DNA of 64,000 nt. It comes from Naegleria gruberi (Eukaryota). Below the pieces are notes generated by a model. That model was not told the DNA's origin. It made no database searches and was given only the letters and a program-made list of their open reading frames with translations. A program made the position numbers and the translations under genes. The stretch is from assembly GCA_000004985.1 (NCBI GenBank), contig GG738845.1; one strand, 5' to 3'. Shown piece after piece: positions 51,201 through 62,700 of this stretch; the first letter of the stretch is position 1, and each line of letters begins with the position of its first letter.

Positions 51201-52204
51201 GCATTCACTCCACTCAATACAGCCATTGTTGGTACTGGAATAGTTGGATTTGTTTCTTCATCTGAAAAATCGTCAATATCGTCATCTTTTTCAATTTCCT
51301 TTGGTATATGATAGGATATTGAATTATTTTGAGATTTTCTTTTTTGAGTTGGTGTTTTGTGAGGTGTAGAACTATAATAGTGTGATGAAGATTTTCTTGT
51401 ACTGGCAGATGAATTATACGAGAAAGAAGGAGGAACAATAGTCTTCTCTAGAGATGGAATTATTCCTTTGTTCAATGGTTGTGACATTTGAGAAGATGTT
51501 GTAGATTTGGTTTGAGATTCCTCATCGTAATTCATATCATTATCCTCATCTGATGAAGAATAATAAATTCCTGAAATTTTTTCTGGAATTGATTTCTTTG
51601 TAATTTTTCTCTTTTTTGGTGAGGTTGATCCCTTCTTTTTCTTGTTAGATTTGTTGGATGATTTGTTTAGACTAAGTGAAACACTTGGTTCATCGAAATA
51701 TTTATCAAAATCATCGTCACTAATCACTTCATCCTCTACTACTTTGGAATTTTTCTTAGGTGTTGGTTGTTTCTTCTTTCCAATCGGTAAACTCATATTA
51801 ACTTCATCATCTTGACTTTCTCTCATAGAAGATGAGGAAGATTTCTTCTTATCAAAAACAGCAGACAAGACAGCATTGCTTTCCTCTGGACTCACATCAA
51901 TTCCAGTCTTGTTTGCATTATCTTCATTTTGTGAATCCTCATAGAATGATTGTGAATCTTGTTGTTGCTTTCCATAAATTTTGGAAAATTTTGTTGGTTT
52001 GTAAGTAATTTCTTCATCAGAATCCGAAGATGATTCTCCACGAAATTGTATTCCTCCACCTCTTCCAACAACATTATTTCCTCTAGGTATTTGTTTTGAA
52101 AGGAGTGCAAGCTGTTTTTGCTCTGCATTTTGTCCTCCAGAGAGTGGTGTCCTAATGGAAACCTTGTTAGTATTCAATGGTGCGTTATTTCTAACTTTCC
52201 ACAT
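48269..52204 (-). CDS. Large (1311 aa) Ser-rich protein with a C-terminal OB-fold-like domain carrying a C4 zinc ribbon (RPA70 DBD-C-like). The candidate class is a ssDNA-binding scaffold (CTC1/RADX/RPA1-like)
   Basis: Intron-free minus ORF. The N-terminal 800 aa are low-complexity S/D/E/K-rich. The C-terminal region has CPHCQKQLTSDSTWFVDTDQICGHCNHKF (C-x2-C-x17-C-x2-C) embedded in beta-rich sequence. The function is inferred weakly. Confidence 0.35.
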   Translation of the reverse strand: MWKVRNNAPLNTNKVSIRTPLSGGQNAEQKQLALLSKQIPRGNNVVGRGGGIQFRGESSSDSDEEITYKPTKFSKIYGKQQQDSQSFYEDSQNEDNANKTGIDVSPEESNAVLSAVFDKKKSSSSSMRESQDDEVNMSLPIGKKKQPTPKKNSKVVEDEVISDDDFDKYFDEPSVSLSLNKSSNKSNKKKKGSTSPKKRKITKKSIPEKISGIYYSSSDEDNDMNYDEESQTKSTTSSQMSQPLNKGIIPSLEKTIVPPSFSYNSSASTRKSSSHYYSSTPHKTPTQKRKSQNNSISYHIPKEIEKDDDIDDFSDEETNPTIPVPTMAVLSGVNAALFASAPQATLNNSALISTYLTQQKQVMNNRTSSKPTIDIDDLIVTDSEEEDTTTMNNRDKQFSQMVSAINYSTPQQIQKSAPPPQQPKQISPPKNNNIVISGEDGFDLETRLKGIKKKVGNPRESEVENLLFSNRKSKVVADEDIEDDVMTENNTVNDNNVVGESWLDKLRKSKAPPVAERTVSLSQQSSSGNSTDQFFSQWEHLKKILTVKSSGRFVSKLIRAVNGCLNEKVFANIGSGMTLSQPNSPKDSMVLKILVFSSSPQIYPNLSLCICKMLKRPTQPHDNEILQKNLEENDFFDVFLLREMRDKWNLEPGSIIEIATNLFHITPSSDPHDSNSDWIFRPRPVISYVFEMKCNSQSSDVNELKQDIEQLESKFTFPMLSKDSNEDNMDLTGDDNATPSTPPRTSQGIRSTPTHVRHKNIINTPRRRIDFSSQSEQDYERNYHLISRISNGPFTKKFEIIYKQLHSAFFPSYYVNIQGVIQRVWSYDYIRQTLESSFNEIYNRIPQLANESNMSNSVLIQCSKSRSLCVILLPSGSHEYDYWKSIFDPNISQGKIFQFDVCSFKDRIYIGPNDELYSIVSPMYHTEHNLTTDSQLSNYSNSSEFTNPLIPVYFFTTNKQHTSCKFIPPEDNFSMGSVIGVDPIPENIAPHSSYKHSLYYNFDQPISGDTQQSHGGVEDVVNDENSSRVHRCDIEGKIIYIAENNHDNTTKFSVYVLQKHSNIILRLDSLLLETSMLLAVAYGFSSNRTNVTIHNILVKRTEDMHESTQLIADKFSMIYPSTSSGLEQASDVKFPYSVRLRVEEGFLKKNGRKIQSQSILNSINYEFTCFEKSVGNVEGYISDILEIGDRPTVPVCPHCQKQLTSDSTWFVDTDQICGHCNHKFTKPDHDLLFQVKVGKHVTLTLDTRAIQQIFAYKKGATTNKKLPVTGSETFKQARELVLGHHLKFLCYCEKVNHDESSINYKFKIIHN

Positions 52205-53622
52205 TTTCCTAGGATTTATTTGATGATAATAGAAGGCAAAAAGTAGCCTAAAAAGTTGAATTTATATTATTTGATGATCAAAAATATTTAATTTTGTGTG
52301 ATGAAGTAAATGTATGATCTCTGTGGTTGTTGATTTTTTTTTAATGATGAAAATTTTTCAACTTGGGGCTGGAAAACATGTGTTTGAAAAATCCAGAAAA
52401 ACAAGGAATCTTAAATGACCAACAATATTTTACCAGATAAGAATCAATCATGACTGGCCAAATTATTCGAAATTTTAAACTTTTCTTCTTAAGGTGGCGG
52501 TAGGGTCTTCCAAAAATATTCCTTCAATGAAAAAAAAAATGTTTGCAATGAAATACAATTTTGCTCCTTTACATTCTCATTGAACAAGCAATTATAAGCC
52601 ATCTTCGATTCATCTTTTATTCTACTTGCCTGTTTGATGTCTAATACTCTTCAAGTTTTTATACATCAATTTTCTATCATCATCACAAATATTTAATTTT
52701 TGTTATTTATAATTTGAATGCAGGGTTACTGTGCCAGTTTCACCTAGTTTCACTCATCAGAGAATACACACGATCCAACTACAAGTTGTCTATCTAATGA
52801 ATTGGTTCCGAGATGTTTGCTAATGCTTTGATTGTGATTTTGAGCAAAGTTTTGGCTGTTTTGAAATAAGCAAACAACAAAATAATCACAAAAAAAATGA
52901 AAAGAGGGTTGTGTTTTGGTGTGGGAGTAAAATAAGTTGTTTTGTCACCAAGATTCTATAATGTAAAGAATGGATTTGTTGGTAAAGTTCCTATTCACCA
53001 CAAGGAACTGAATGGCACTATTTGTTGTCTACATTACAAGCAATTTATTGACAAATATTATGAAATGGAGAAAAAATTCACAAACTCAAACTTAGGAACA
53101 ATTCAAACAGTACAACAAAATACCTCTACTCCAAATCAATGTTATCATTCCATGTACATTCCGAAAAAGCTATTACAACTCTGGTACCTTCGACCAACAA
53201 GTGTACTAATAACAAGAAAGTTTGAATTGTGTTCATAAATGATTTTTTATTAAAATTACTAAATTTGCCATTTTGCCAATAATAGATATTCGAATATTTG
53301 TAAACCAACATTTGCACTTCCAATTAAAATAGGCGAACCGCCACCTTAATTCTTTCTTTCAATAAGAAACAATTAATATTATTTAACTGGAAATTGTTTA
53401 AAAAAAATGAGCAGTTTAGTTTTTAACTATGGTAATACTTTTGTCAATGTGCCTCCCCAACAACAAATGTTGCTACAATTAATTTGACTGGATTATTGTC
53501 GAGTATTCTTCCATCATCAACAACTTTACAAAATTCGTTAATTATGATCCGAACCAACACTCAAGCTGAACAACCGTCAACACGCACGAAGTTAGCTTTT
53601 GTGTATTAATATTATTACATTT

Positions 53623-54189
53623 TTATTGGATGATCGTAAAAACTTCAATTTCAGTAACTTTGAAAGTATTAGTGCCTGCCAAGTAGGTGTTAGCTTTAAA
53701 GCTTTGAGGTTCCATTCCACAAGGTAATTCATAGGTTGTACCAAAATTGGAAAAAGACTTTGAGTTCCTATTACAATCATCAGCAATATATATGTCATGA
53801 TTTCCAAAGGTTGGAAGATAGTGTGGATGATTGTAAATGGCTTGTTGTTTTTGGTCTTGTTTGACATTGAATTTTGTAATATGATAACTTCCATTCAATT
53901 TTTCAAGCTTGAAAAGAAATGCTGCATCGTCACAAGCAAACTCATAATTTGATTTCCAATTTTGAGATGAAAAACCTCCAAATATTTTTCCAAATTCGGA
54001 CTTGATAATTGTTAAGGTTGCTCCTTGATTATCACATTTTTCATGGAAGATTTCAGAACTGAATCCATCTTCACTTGCTCTGAATAATAATTTTGGAGTT
54101 TGTTGGCTCTTCGTGAAGGTAGATAATTCGAGACCAACATTTTCAATGGAAGAAAGAATTTGTGAGGAAACAAAGTGGTTTGGTTGCAT
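53623..54189 (-). CDS. TLDc-domain protein (188 aa)
   Basis: LLFRASEDGFSSEIFHEKCDNQGATLTIIKSEFGKIFGGFSSQNWKS...DDAAFLFKL...HDIYIADDCN matches the TLDc pattern LLYRGSRDGFSAxAFHxxCDGKGPTLTLIK...GxxFGGY...W...DxxSFLFSL. Confidence 0.55.
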   Translation of the reverse strand: MQPNHFVSSQILSSIENVGLELSTFTKSQQTPKLLFRASEDGFSSEIFHEKCDNQGATLTIIKSEFGKIFGGFSSQNWKSNYEFACDDAAFLFKLEKLNGSYHITKFNVKQDQKQQAIYNHPHYLPTFGNHDIYIADDCNRNSKSFSNFGTTYELPCGMEPQSFKANTYLAGTNTFKVTEIEVFTIIQ

Positions 54190-54315
54190 TTTTTATTGAA
54201 AATATTTTGTTGAAGGAAAAAGCTCAATTAAGGGAATAATGGAACAAAAAAAACTCAACAAGTTCGATTAGCATTGTTCTTCTTAAACCAGAAATTAGCA
54301 AGTAAATAGTGAAGG

Positions 54316-55553
54316 ATGGTTTTGAATCAAACTCATGAACATGGTGATTTAACTGACAAGAACAAGCTATTGAATCAGGAATCACCAACTAGTTATAATC
54401 CTTCTCCTAATAGTTATTATTCCAACCCTTCGGACCCATATTTACATCAGCAAGGGAGCTTGGAAAATGTAAGTTGAAAGAGTTGATTAATATCTTTCTC
54501 TGACTATTATAATAGGTTAAACAACACAATAGCAATGATGAGGAAAAGATATGTCGTTGTTGTCATGGAGTTTTAACAAGTAATGATGATTATATTTCTC
54601 CGTGCAAATGTACAGGTTCCATGAAGTTTGTTCATCGTTATTGTTTGGTATGTTTTTCAATTATCTCATATGTTAACTAGGCTTAGGATCAATGGAGAAC
54701 AGTGAGTCCAAAAGCAACATCTTTCTATCAGTGTGATATTTGCTCACATCCTTATGATATCAAAGATGTGGATGAGAATGGTAGGGTTTTAGATGAAACA
54801 GAAGTGAAAGAACAAGGTTGTGGTTATAAACCTAAATCAATACTCAAGTTTGGCACATTAGTAACTCTTGACTTTTCAATCATTCTAATTGTTTGGCAAG
54901 TATTGGTATTATTATGTGCTGGTTTCTTTGCTTTGTGTGATTATGATTATGGATTGAGAGCTAAATTGTTTGGTCTGGATATGAATATATATCTGGTTAC
55001 CTATATGTAAGTATATTAGAAATTTGAGGAAATGGATTAATAGTTCAATAATAGTTGTGGATTGGTAATGTTCTTCTTCATTATGGGCATGTTAGGATTG
55101 TGCTGTACTGGAATTGTTATCTTGAACAAGATGATGAATGACACCTTCTGTGGGAATTGTTTAACTAATGACCACTATTACTCTCATAATACATACCCAT
55201 ACTATGGCAGAAGGCACTCCAGACGTTCAGCTTTGTACCATTGGTACTGTTTTTGGCCATCCTTGTATGGTCGTCCAATATATGGTAGTTCTCCACATTG
55301 TTTCCCATTCGGTTGCTTTAATTGTGGAACTGGTTTTTCTGGAAATTGTGGAAAATGTGGTGATTGTAAAGGAGAAGGTGTATTGATTGTTCTTGTTATC
55401 ATTGTTCTTGCAGTGGCTATTGTAGGATTAGTGTTTGGTATGATTCTTATGGGATTGCTAGGCTATAGAATATTTTCTAGAAGAATTTCCGTTTTGAAAA
55501 AGAAAGACCAAGCTAAGTATCAACAAATTCAAAATTACTGGCCTCTTCCTTAA
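54316..55553 (+). CDS. RING-CH (MARCH-type) E3 ubiquitin ligase with a C-terminal TM anchor. Exons 54316..54468, 54516..54647, 54687..55006, 55055..55553. Introns 47, 39 and 48 nt
   Basis: Exon 2 gives EKICRCCHGVLTSNDDYISPCKCTGSMKFVHRYCL. Exon 3 continues DQWRTVSPKATSFYQCDICSHPYD, completing the C4HC3 RING-CH signature. The donors are GTAAGT, GTATGT and GTAAGT. The acceptors are TAATAG, GCTTAG and AATAG. Exon 4 carries a Cys/Gly/Tyr-rich segment and a TM helix (VLIVLVIIVLAVAIVGLVFGMILMGLLGY). Exons 3 and 4 are ORF-track pieces 54702..55010 and 55062..55553. Confidence 0.7.
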
Positions 55554-56707
55554 ATCCTTAAATTTCATCAATAGCATAAATAATAGACATTATAATCTCT
55601 TATTACTAGTTAAAATTAGTTATTAGAGTAAAGATGATATTAAACATGTGACGTTATAATTAACATGTTCGATATATAGGTTTGAATTTTAACAACTTCA
55701 ATAACTTCAGATTCCTCAATTTAAGTACCACTTCCAACATGGAAGTGTGCACATGCATGCTAGTTGCACTGATGGTAATTATTGGCGATACATGTTGATA
55801 TGCAATATCAGAAATAATGATGGATGTGTTCACATGCTCGTTACACAACCAAATTTGTTGAAACTTAGTGAGAAGTAAATGCATGCAGTGCTAAAACTAT
55901 ATGGCAATGAATTGTGAATGTAGACATGTGAGACATGTTCCAACTCGTGAGATTAACATGTTGATAAGGCAAATGCTCGGTTGTTGATTAGTTAGATCTG
56001 CCTTAGCAAAGCGCCACAGTCATTACCTTTAGCGTGTGGTAACCACATCCGTATTCATCATTCCTATTACTGTTGATCTTATTAATATTCCTACATTAGT
56101 GTTTGTATCCGAGAGTTCAAAAAGCAACCTCAACTTGTTGTGAGGGAAAATATGGCTGCATGTGGTAGCGAACAGAACCATAATGGATTTGTACGGGGTA
56201 ATCTCTTCACTACAAATTAGTACAAATAATTGAGGAATTGTGTGTGCACAAAGATCAATTTTGCTCCATGCTCCTCCACTAGCTCTTGCTGTATGCTGTT
56301 TGACTTTGTTCAAAACTTGGACACATGATTCTAATAGAAGCTAACCACCAAGTTGATCCTTTTCTTTTTGACATTTTCTCACAACAAAAGCATATCAATC
56401 AAGGGAATGTTCTCACCAATCATACCATTATTTTAAACTTTTATTACTGTAAGTACATGGGAGTGAGAAAAAAACACGTTCTTGTGCTCGGCCAAATTTA
56501 ACCCTTACATTCTATTTAAGGGAGATGAAAAACGTTGTTTCCACCGCGAACTACAAATTTCGTAGGTACAAAATGAACTTTTTACTGAAAAATTTCCAAA
56601 TGAGGAATGATACCACAGTGTTTTTACAATATTCTGTTGTGGTGTGCGCTTTAAGAGGCTGCTATCCATGTGAAAGTTGCAAAGATTCGAAACAAAAAAA
56701 CAACAAC

Positions 56708-59700
56708 ATGAGGATAAGAAATTATTGCTTCATTGTAATTGCCTTACTGCTACTTTGTTCAGGGGTGATTTTGGTGCGAGGTTTGTCATGCTCAAAAGAA
56801 GAAGATTGTGCTGATTCTTCAGGTTCTTGTATCAATGGAAAATGTGAGTGTTGGAATAACCATAAGACAGGTGATTATTGTGATGTATGCATTAGAGGTT
56901 ACGTTGGTGCCAATTGTGAAGATTGTGCCGCTGGTTTTACAAAAGACCCACAAGATGGGTCAACATGCTTGGCCAATTGTAATCCAGCTTGTTATAGAGG
57001 TGATTGTGTTGGCACTAATCTTTGTGAATGCAATACAGGTTGGGATGGAGCCACATGCAATGTTTGTGCTAAAGGATATAGTGGTACAGATGCTTTTGGC
57101 AATCTTTTATGCGACGTAAAAACCTGTGTTCCTGGATGTGGTTATCATGGAAAATGTGATGTTCCTCCAAGTACTTGTAAGTGTGATTATGGTTGGGAAG
57201 GGGCTGTTTGTAATATCCCTCAATGTTATGGAAACTATGCCTGTGGTAATAACTCATATTGTTCATCCGCTTTCGAATGCTCATGTGTTGAAGGTTATAA
57301 CCAAACTGCAGCTGGTTGTGTGCCAAATGTTTATAATTGTCCTGTACCATGTGGAGATCATATGAAATGTAACTCTTCATTACTTTGTGCATGTGAACAA
57401 GGTTATGATAGTATCAATGGTGCTTGTTACAAAACATGTCCTTCTAATAGTGTTAGATCTGGAACTGATTGTGTTTGTGTTGCAGGATATTCCTTAAATA
57501 ATGGTGTATGTGAAAAAGAATGTAAAGACTGTACCAATGGAGTTTGCTCCAATGGAGTTTGTACATGTAATGATGGTTTTGAAAAGAAGGGAGAGTATTG
57601 TTACAAGCCATGTTCAGTATTTACTGGAACAGTTGGTGCTACTTGTGCTATTGGTGGTATTTGTAAAGCTAATGGTCCATTCTTCTCCTGTTCGTGTTCA
57701 GAATCTGGTAAAGAAGAGTTTAATGGAGTTTGCAGAACACCTTGCAATCCTGCTTGTGGTGAAAATACTGAATGTAATGAGAATTCAATTTGTCAATGCA
57801 AATCAACACTCGATCAAGATAAATATTCATTCGATAATGCAACCAGAAAGTGTTATCCAAATTGTACCAAATGCAAATTGGAACATCAAACATGTAACAA
57901 TCCAGATGATGCAAATTGTTTCTGTGACAGAGTGAGAGGTTATTTACCAATTTATGATTCCAATGGAGTTGTCATTTCCTGTGAAAAACCATGCAATCCT
58001 GCTTGTATGGGATATTCACACTGTGTTAATGGTGATCATTGTGAATGTGATACTGGTTATACCAATTATGGAAATGAATATGGTTGTGTGAAAACCTGCA
58101 CATCAGCTTGTATTGGTTTGAGTTGGTGTAGTGACGCTATTTGTTATTGTCCTTCTGGATATCAACAACATAGTAATTCAACAAGTATTTGGTGTGAACC
58201 TGTTTGTTCAACTCCATGTGGTGCTAACATGGAATGTAGTGCTCCAGACAATTGTACTTGTAAAGCTGGATATGAAGTGATTGGAAGTGAATGTATCAAA
58301 TTATGTCCTTCTAATAGTGTTAGATCTGGAACTGATTGTGTTTGTGTTGCAGGATATTCTTTAAATAATGGTGTATGTGAAAAAGAATGTTCTCCAGAAT
58401 GTACCAATGGAGTTTGCTCCAATGGAGTTTGTACATGTAATGATGGTTTTGAAAAGAAGGGAGCTTACTGTTACAAGCCATGTTCAGGATTTACTGGAAC
58501 AGTTGGTGCTCCTTGTGCTGCTGGTGGTATTTGTAAAGCTAATGGTCCATTCTTCTCTTGTTCGTGTTCAGAATCTGGTAAAGAAGAGTTTAATGGAGTT
58601 TGCAGAACACCTTGCAATCCTGCTTGTGGTGAAAATGCTGAATGTAATGAGAATTCAATTTGTCAATGTAAATCAAATCTCGATCAAGCTAAATACTCAT
58701 TCGATAATGCAACCAGAAAGTGTTATCCAAATTGTACTAAATGCAAATTGGAACATCAAACATGTAACAATCCAGATGATGCAAATTGTTTCTGTGACAG
58801 AGTTAGAGGTTATTTACCAATTTATGATTCCAATGGTGTTGTCATTTCCTGTGAAAAACCATGTAATCCTGCTTGTATGGGATATTCACACTGTGTTAAT
58901 GGTGATCATTGTGAATGTGATACTGGTTATACTGATTATGGAAATGAATATGGTTGCGTGAAAACCTGCACATCAGCTTGTATTGGTTTGAGTTGGTGTA
59001 GTGACGCTATTTGTTATTGTCCTTCTGGATATCAACAACATAGTAATTCAACAAGTATTTGGTGTGAACCTGTTTGCTCCACTCCATGTGGTATTAATAA
59101 GCAATGTAGTGCTCCAGAAGAGTGTTCATGCAAGATTGGCTTTGATGACGTGAAAGAGGTGTGTGTTGAATCTTGCCAAGTAGGTTACTCGAGAGCCGAA
59201 GATGATGATAAGTGCTATGCCGATTGTAAAGTCTGTGGAGCTCACTCTTCTTGCTATCACTCTGAATGCGTTTGTGATTTGGGTTATCAAGTAGATGCTA
59301 GAGGTGATTGTTCTTCAGTTGTCCATGACAATAGCACAGGGAATACTACTGCAGGTAATAGTTCTACTTCTGGTGGCTGTGATCCAATATGTAATCCAAC
59401 AACTAGTTCCTGTCTGGATGGAGCTTGTATTTGTAAAGACAATTTGGAAATGATTGGTGGTGAGTGCGTTCATGTTTGTTCTTTAGATTGTGGTATTCAT
59501 GGAATTTGTCAAAATACCACAGGCAGTGCAACTTGTAACTGTACTGATTTCTTTGAAGGAATGGCATGTTCCACCTGCAAGAGTGGTTTTTCATTGATTA
59601 ATGACCGATGTGTATGTGATGATTCTTCAGGTCGTGCTTTGGTGGGTGAGAATTGTATCTGTAACTCTGTAGCCTCGTTTAAACAAGTTGGTACAGAGTG

Positions 59701-62700
59701 CGTTCGTTCTGAACCAAATTGTAGATATGGATGTGGTAATGGATTGTGTAGATTTGTGAATAATGTTACTTCAGACACTGAGTGTGTGTGTTCAGCTGGT
59801 TTCATTTCTACCAATCAATCCAATTGTAATGATTGTGATAGCAATCAAGGCTTGATTCTCTCCAATGGTTTGTGTGTATGCAATGTTAGACTTGGTTTCA
59901 GATTATCAACAATAGATGGGAAATGTAAAATTTCCACACCAATTTGTGCTGACAAATGTGGTAATGGTGAATGTCAATTCGTTGATTCCACAACTGATTT
60001 GGCAGAATGTAAATGTAATGTAGGTTATATGACTGTTCGTGGCTCTGGAAAGATGTGTTCCGAATGTGCAACAGGATACTCACTTTCAAATGGTGTTTGT
60101 AAACTCATTTGTCCTGAAGAATATTCTGGAGATGACTGTTCTACGTATACTCCAACATCTGCTTGTGTGAATCCACCATCAAACTCTCTTTCTTTCTGTA
60201 AATCTGTTGTCTCTTATCAGGTGAAAAATACCTTATATATCCAAGGAGCTCAAAGCCCATCCCAAGCCAAGGAAATGTTCTTTACCAACATGAAATCAGT
60301 AGATGAGGCTGCTAGTAATATCCTCTCTCAAGTATTGAATGAATTTGCAAAACAAAACATGTCTTGTGATTCCAATTGTATTGCTGTATCAACCAAATCC
60401 ATTTGTTACCAATACATTAGTTCATGTTCTGTTGATAATTCCAATGTTGCAGTTGAAAAGAAGCTCTGTAAAAGTGTTTGCAATTACATTTTGAATAATG
60501 AAGTTGTGACTTATCCTGATGTTTATGCTAATAGTTGTAATAGATTACCAGAGACAAATTGTTTTTATGGTACTTATTTGCCTCCAGCCACCAGCTGTTT
60601 TGGAGTTCCTTACTTGAATTCTTCAGTTTGTTCTGGAAAAGGACGTTGTGTCGATACTGACTCTTGTTCATGTAATCAAGGGTTTACAGGTAGAAACTGC
60701 CAACTCCCATTCTGTTTTAACATAGATAGCTCTGACCGTTTGGTTTGCTCATCCAATGGTGAGTGTGTTGGAGTTAACAAGTGTAATTGTAAATCTGGTT
60801 TCACTGGTAAAGACTGTTCTATCATTAATTGTAATGGAAAGAGTGAAGCTGAAGGAGGATGCTCATTCCATGGACAATGTTCTGCTGAGCACAAGTGTGT
60901 TTGTTCTGGTAACTTTGTTGGTGCTTCATGTTCAGAATGTGCAACAGGATTCACTGGAGTAAATTGTGATATTCCAATTTGTAATGGTATCAAAGCTAAT
61001 GATAAGACAGTGTGTAGCTCAAGAGGATCATGTATTGTTGATGGTGGTGAGCCAAAATGTTCTTGCTCCTCAGGATATAGTGGAACCAGTTGCCAAAACT
61101 TTAAATGTAATGATATTGACAGATCTAGTTCAGATGCTTGCTCCAAACATGGTAAATGTATAGCACAAAACACCTGTGTTTGTGCTGGTAATTTCGATCC
61201 GCTGAGATATTGTTCCACTTGTACACCTGCTTTCAATGGAACTGATTGTACAGAGAGAATTTGTTCAGATGAGTTGACTTGTAGTGCCCATGGTAAATGT
61301 AATTCCAATTTCAAGTGTGACTGTCAAGGAAACTGGGTTGGTGATTTCTGTAACCAATGTAAAGATGGATTCGTTGGAACTAATTGTCAATTTGAATGCT
61401 CACCATCAACAAAGTGTAGTGGTAGAGGATCATGCAACATGGATGGAACTTGTCAATGTACTGGAAATAGTATTGGAAAAAATTGTGAACAATGTGCAAC
61501 AGGATGGTTTGGAGCAAAATGTGACTTTTCCATTGATTCCACAAGCTTTGGATTCTCTAGTAAGGGAGATTCTTTATATGGAACTGTTTATTCCAACCTT
61601 AAAAAGAAATTTGCTTGTTCTGACCTTGTAACAACAACTGATATTCTTGGAATTGGTGCTGTATGTGTTTTGAATCCTGAAAAGAGTTCCATGGAAATTA
61701 TTTTAGGTCTCTCTGCATCCGTTAAAATTGGTAGTACTTTACAATTCAAGAAATATTTCGATTCACTTGAAACAACTCAAGTCACAATTTCAACTAAGGA
61801 TTATGTGGCAGTTTCACCACTCGCAAACTTGATTTCAGATAAGCCAAGCGTATCCAAAGCTTGTGGAAAAGTATACTTGGATGCTTCATCATCTGTTTCA
61901 ATAGATCGTAGAACTTTGCTCTTCTCGTGGTCAAATATTTTAGCTCCAACAACACATGATGCAGATACTTTGAATGCATTCCTTTCTTCAGTTACATCTT
62001 CTGGTGTTTATATTGGAGGTGCTGATTTGAGCGTAGGTTCTTACTCAGTCCAAGTAACTGTAACAAGCTCATTCTCTCTTGAAAAATCAACTTCTACCGT
62101 TTCTTTTGATGTATCTGATTTGACATCCCCAACTGTGGCTATTAAGGAAGGTCTTGAGAGTAGTATAATCATTGGTAAAAGTTCCGTCATTACACCAACT
62201 GTAACTTTCCCTTCTTGTTATAAGGGAGAGGGACCAATTAGTTATGTCTATACTTTGGATACCACAAAATCCATAAATGTTGATGTAAAACAAAAGGGTG
62301 AATTATTGATATTTAATGATGATTATACTAAAATAACTGAAGAGGGTGATTATTACTTTATTTTGACCACAACTCAAAAAGGAGCTGCTGATGTTAAGGT
62401 ACCATTCAAAGTTACAGCCAAAGCACTTCCACTTGTTGTTTCTTTCAGTGTTCGTGACATGGTTCAATCTTTTGAAAATGATGTAACTTTCACAATCATC
62501 ACTCGTGACCCAAGCAATCCAAGTAATCCTGGAGGAGATGTTGTCTTGTCATGCACCAATCTTGACACTGCCACAACTTGTGATGGATTTTCAAATTCTG
62601 CAAGTAATATTAATCAAACTACTCGCAGTTTCAAACAAGGAATGCAACCAGGAACTTATATGTTCACAGCAACCTATACTAAGGGATCTAGAAAGTCTCA

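Noticed and set aside
52942-53238. 98-aa plus ORF in the 1.4-kb spacer between the large OB-fold gene and the TLDc gene
   Set aside because: It has a non-ATG start and no homolog. It overlaps an antisense ORF of similar quality (53126..53323). It is probably intergenic.
56029-56313. 94-aa minus ORF inside the GC-richer intergenic island
   Set aside because: It has no ATG context, no recognisable domain, and codon composition unlike neighbouring genes. The region is reported instead as a candidate non-coding element.
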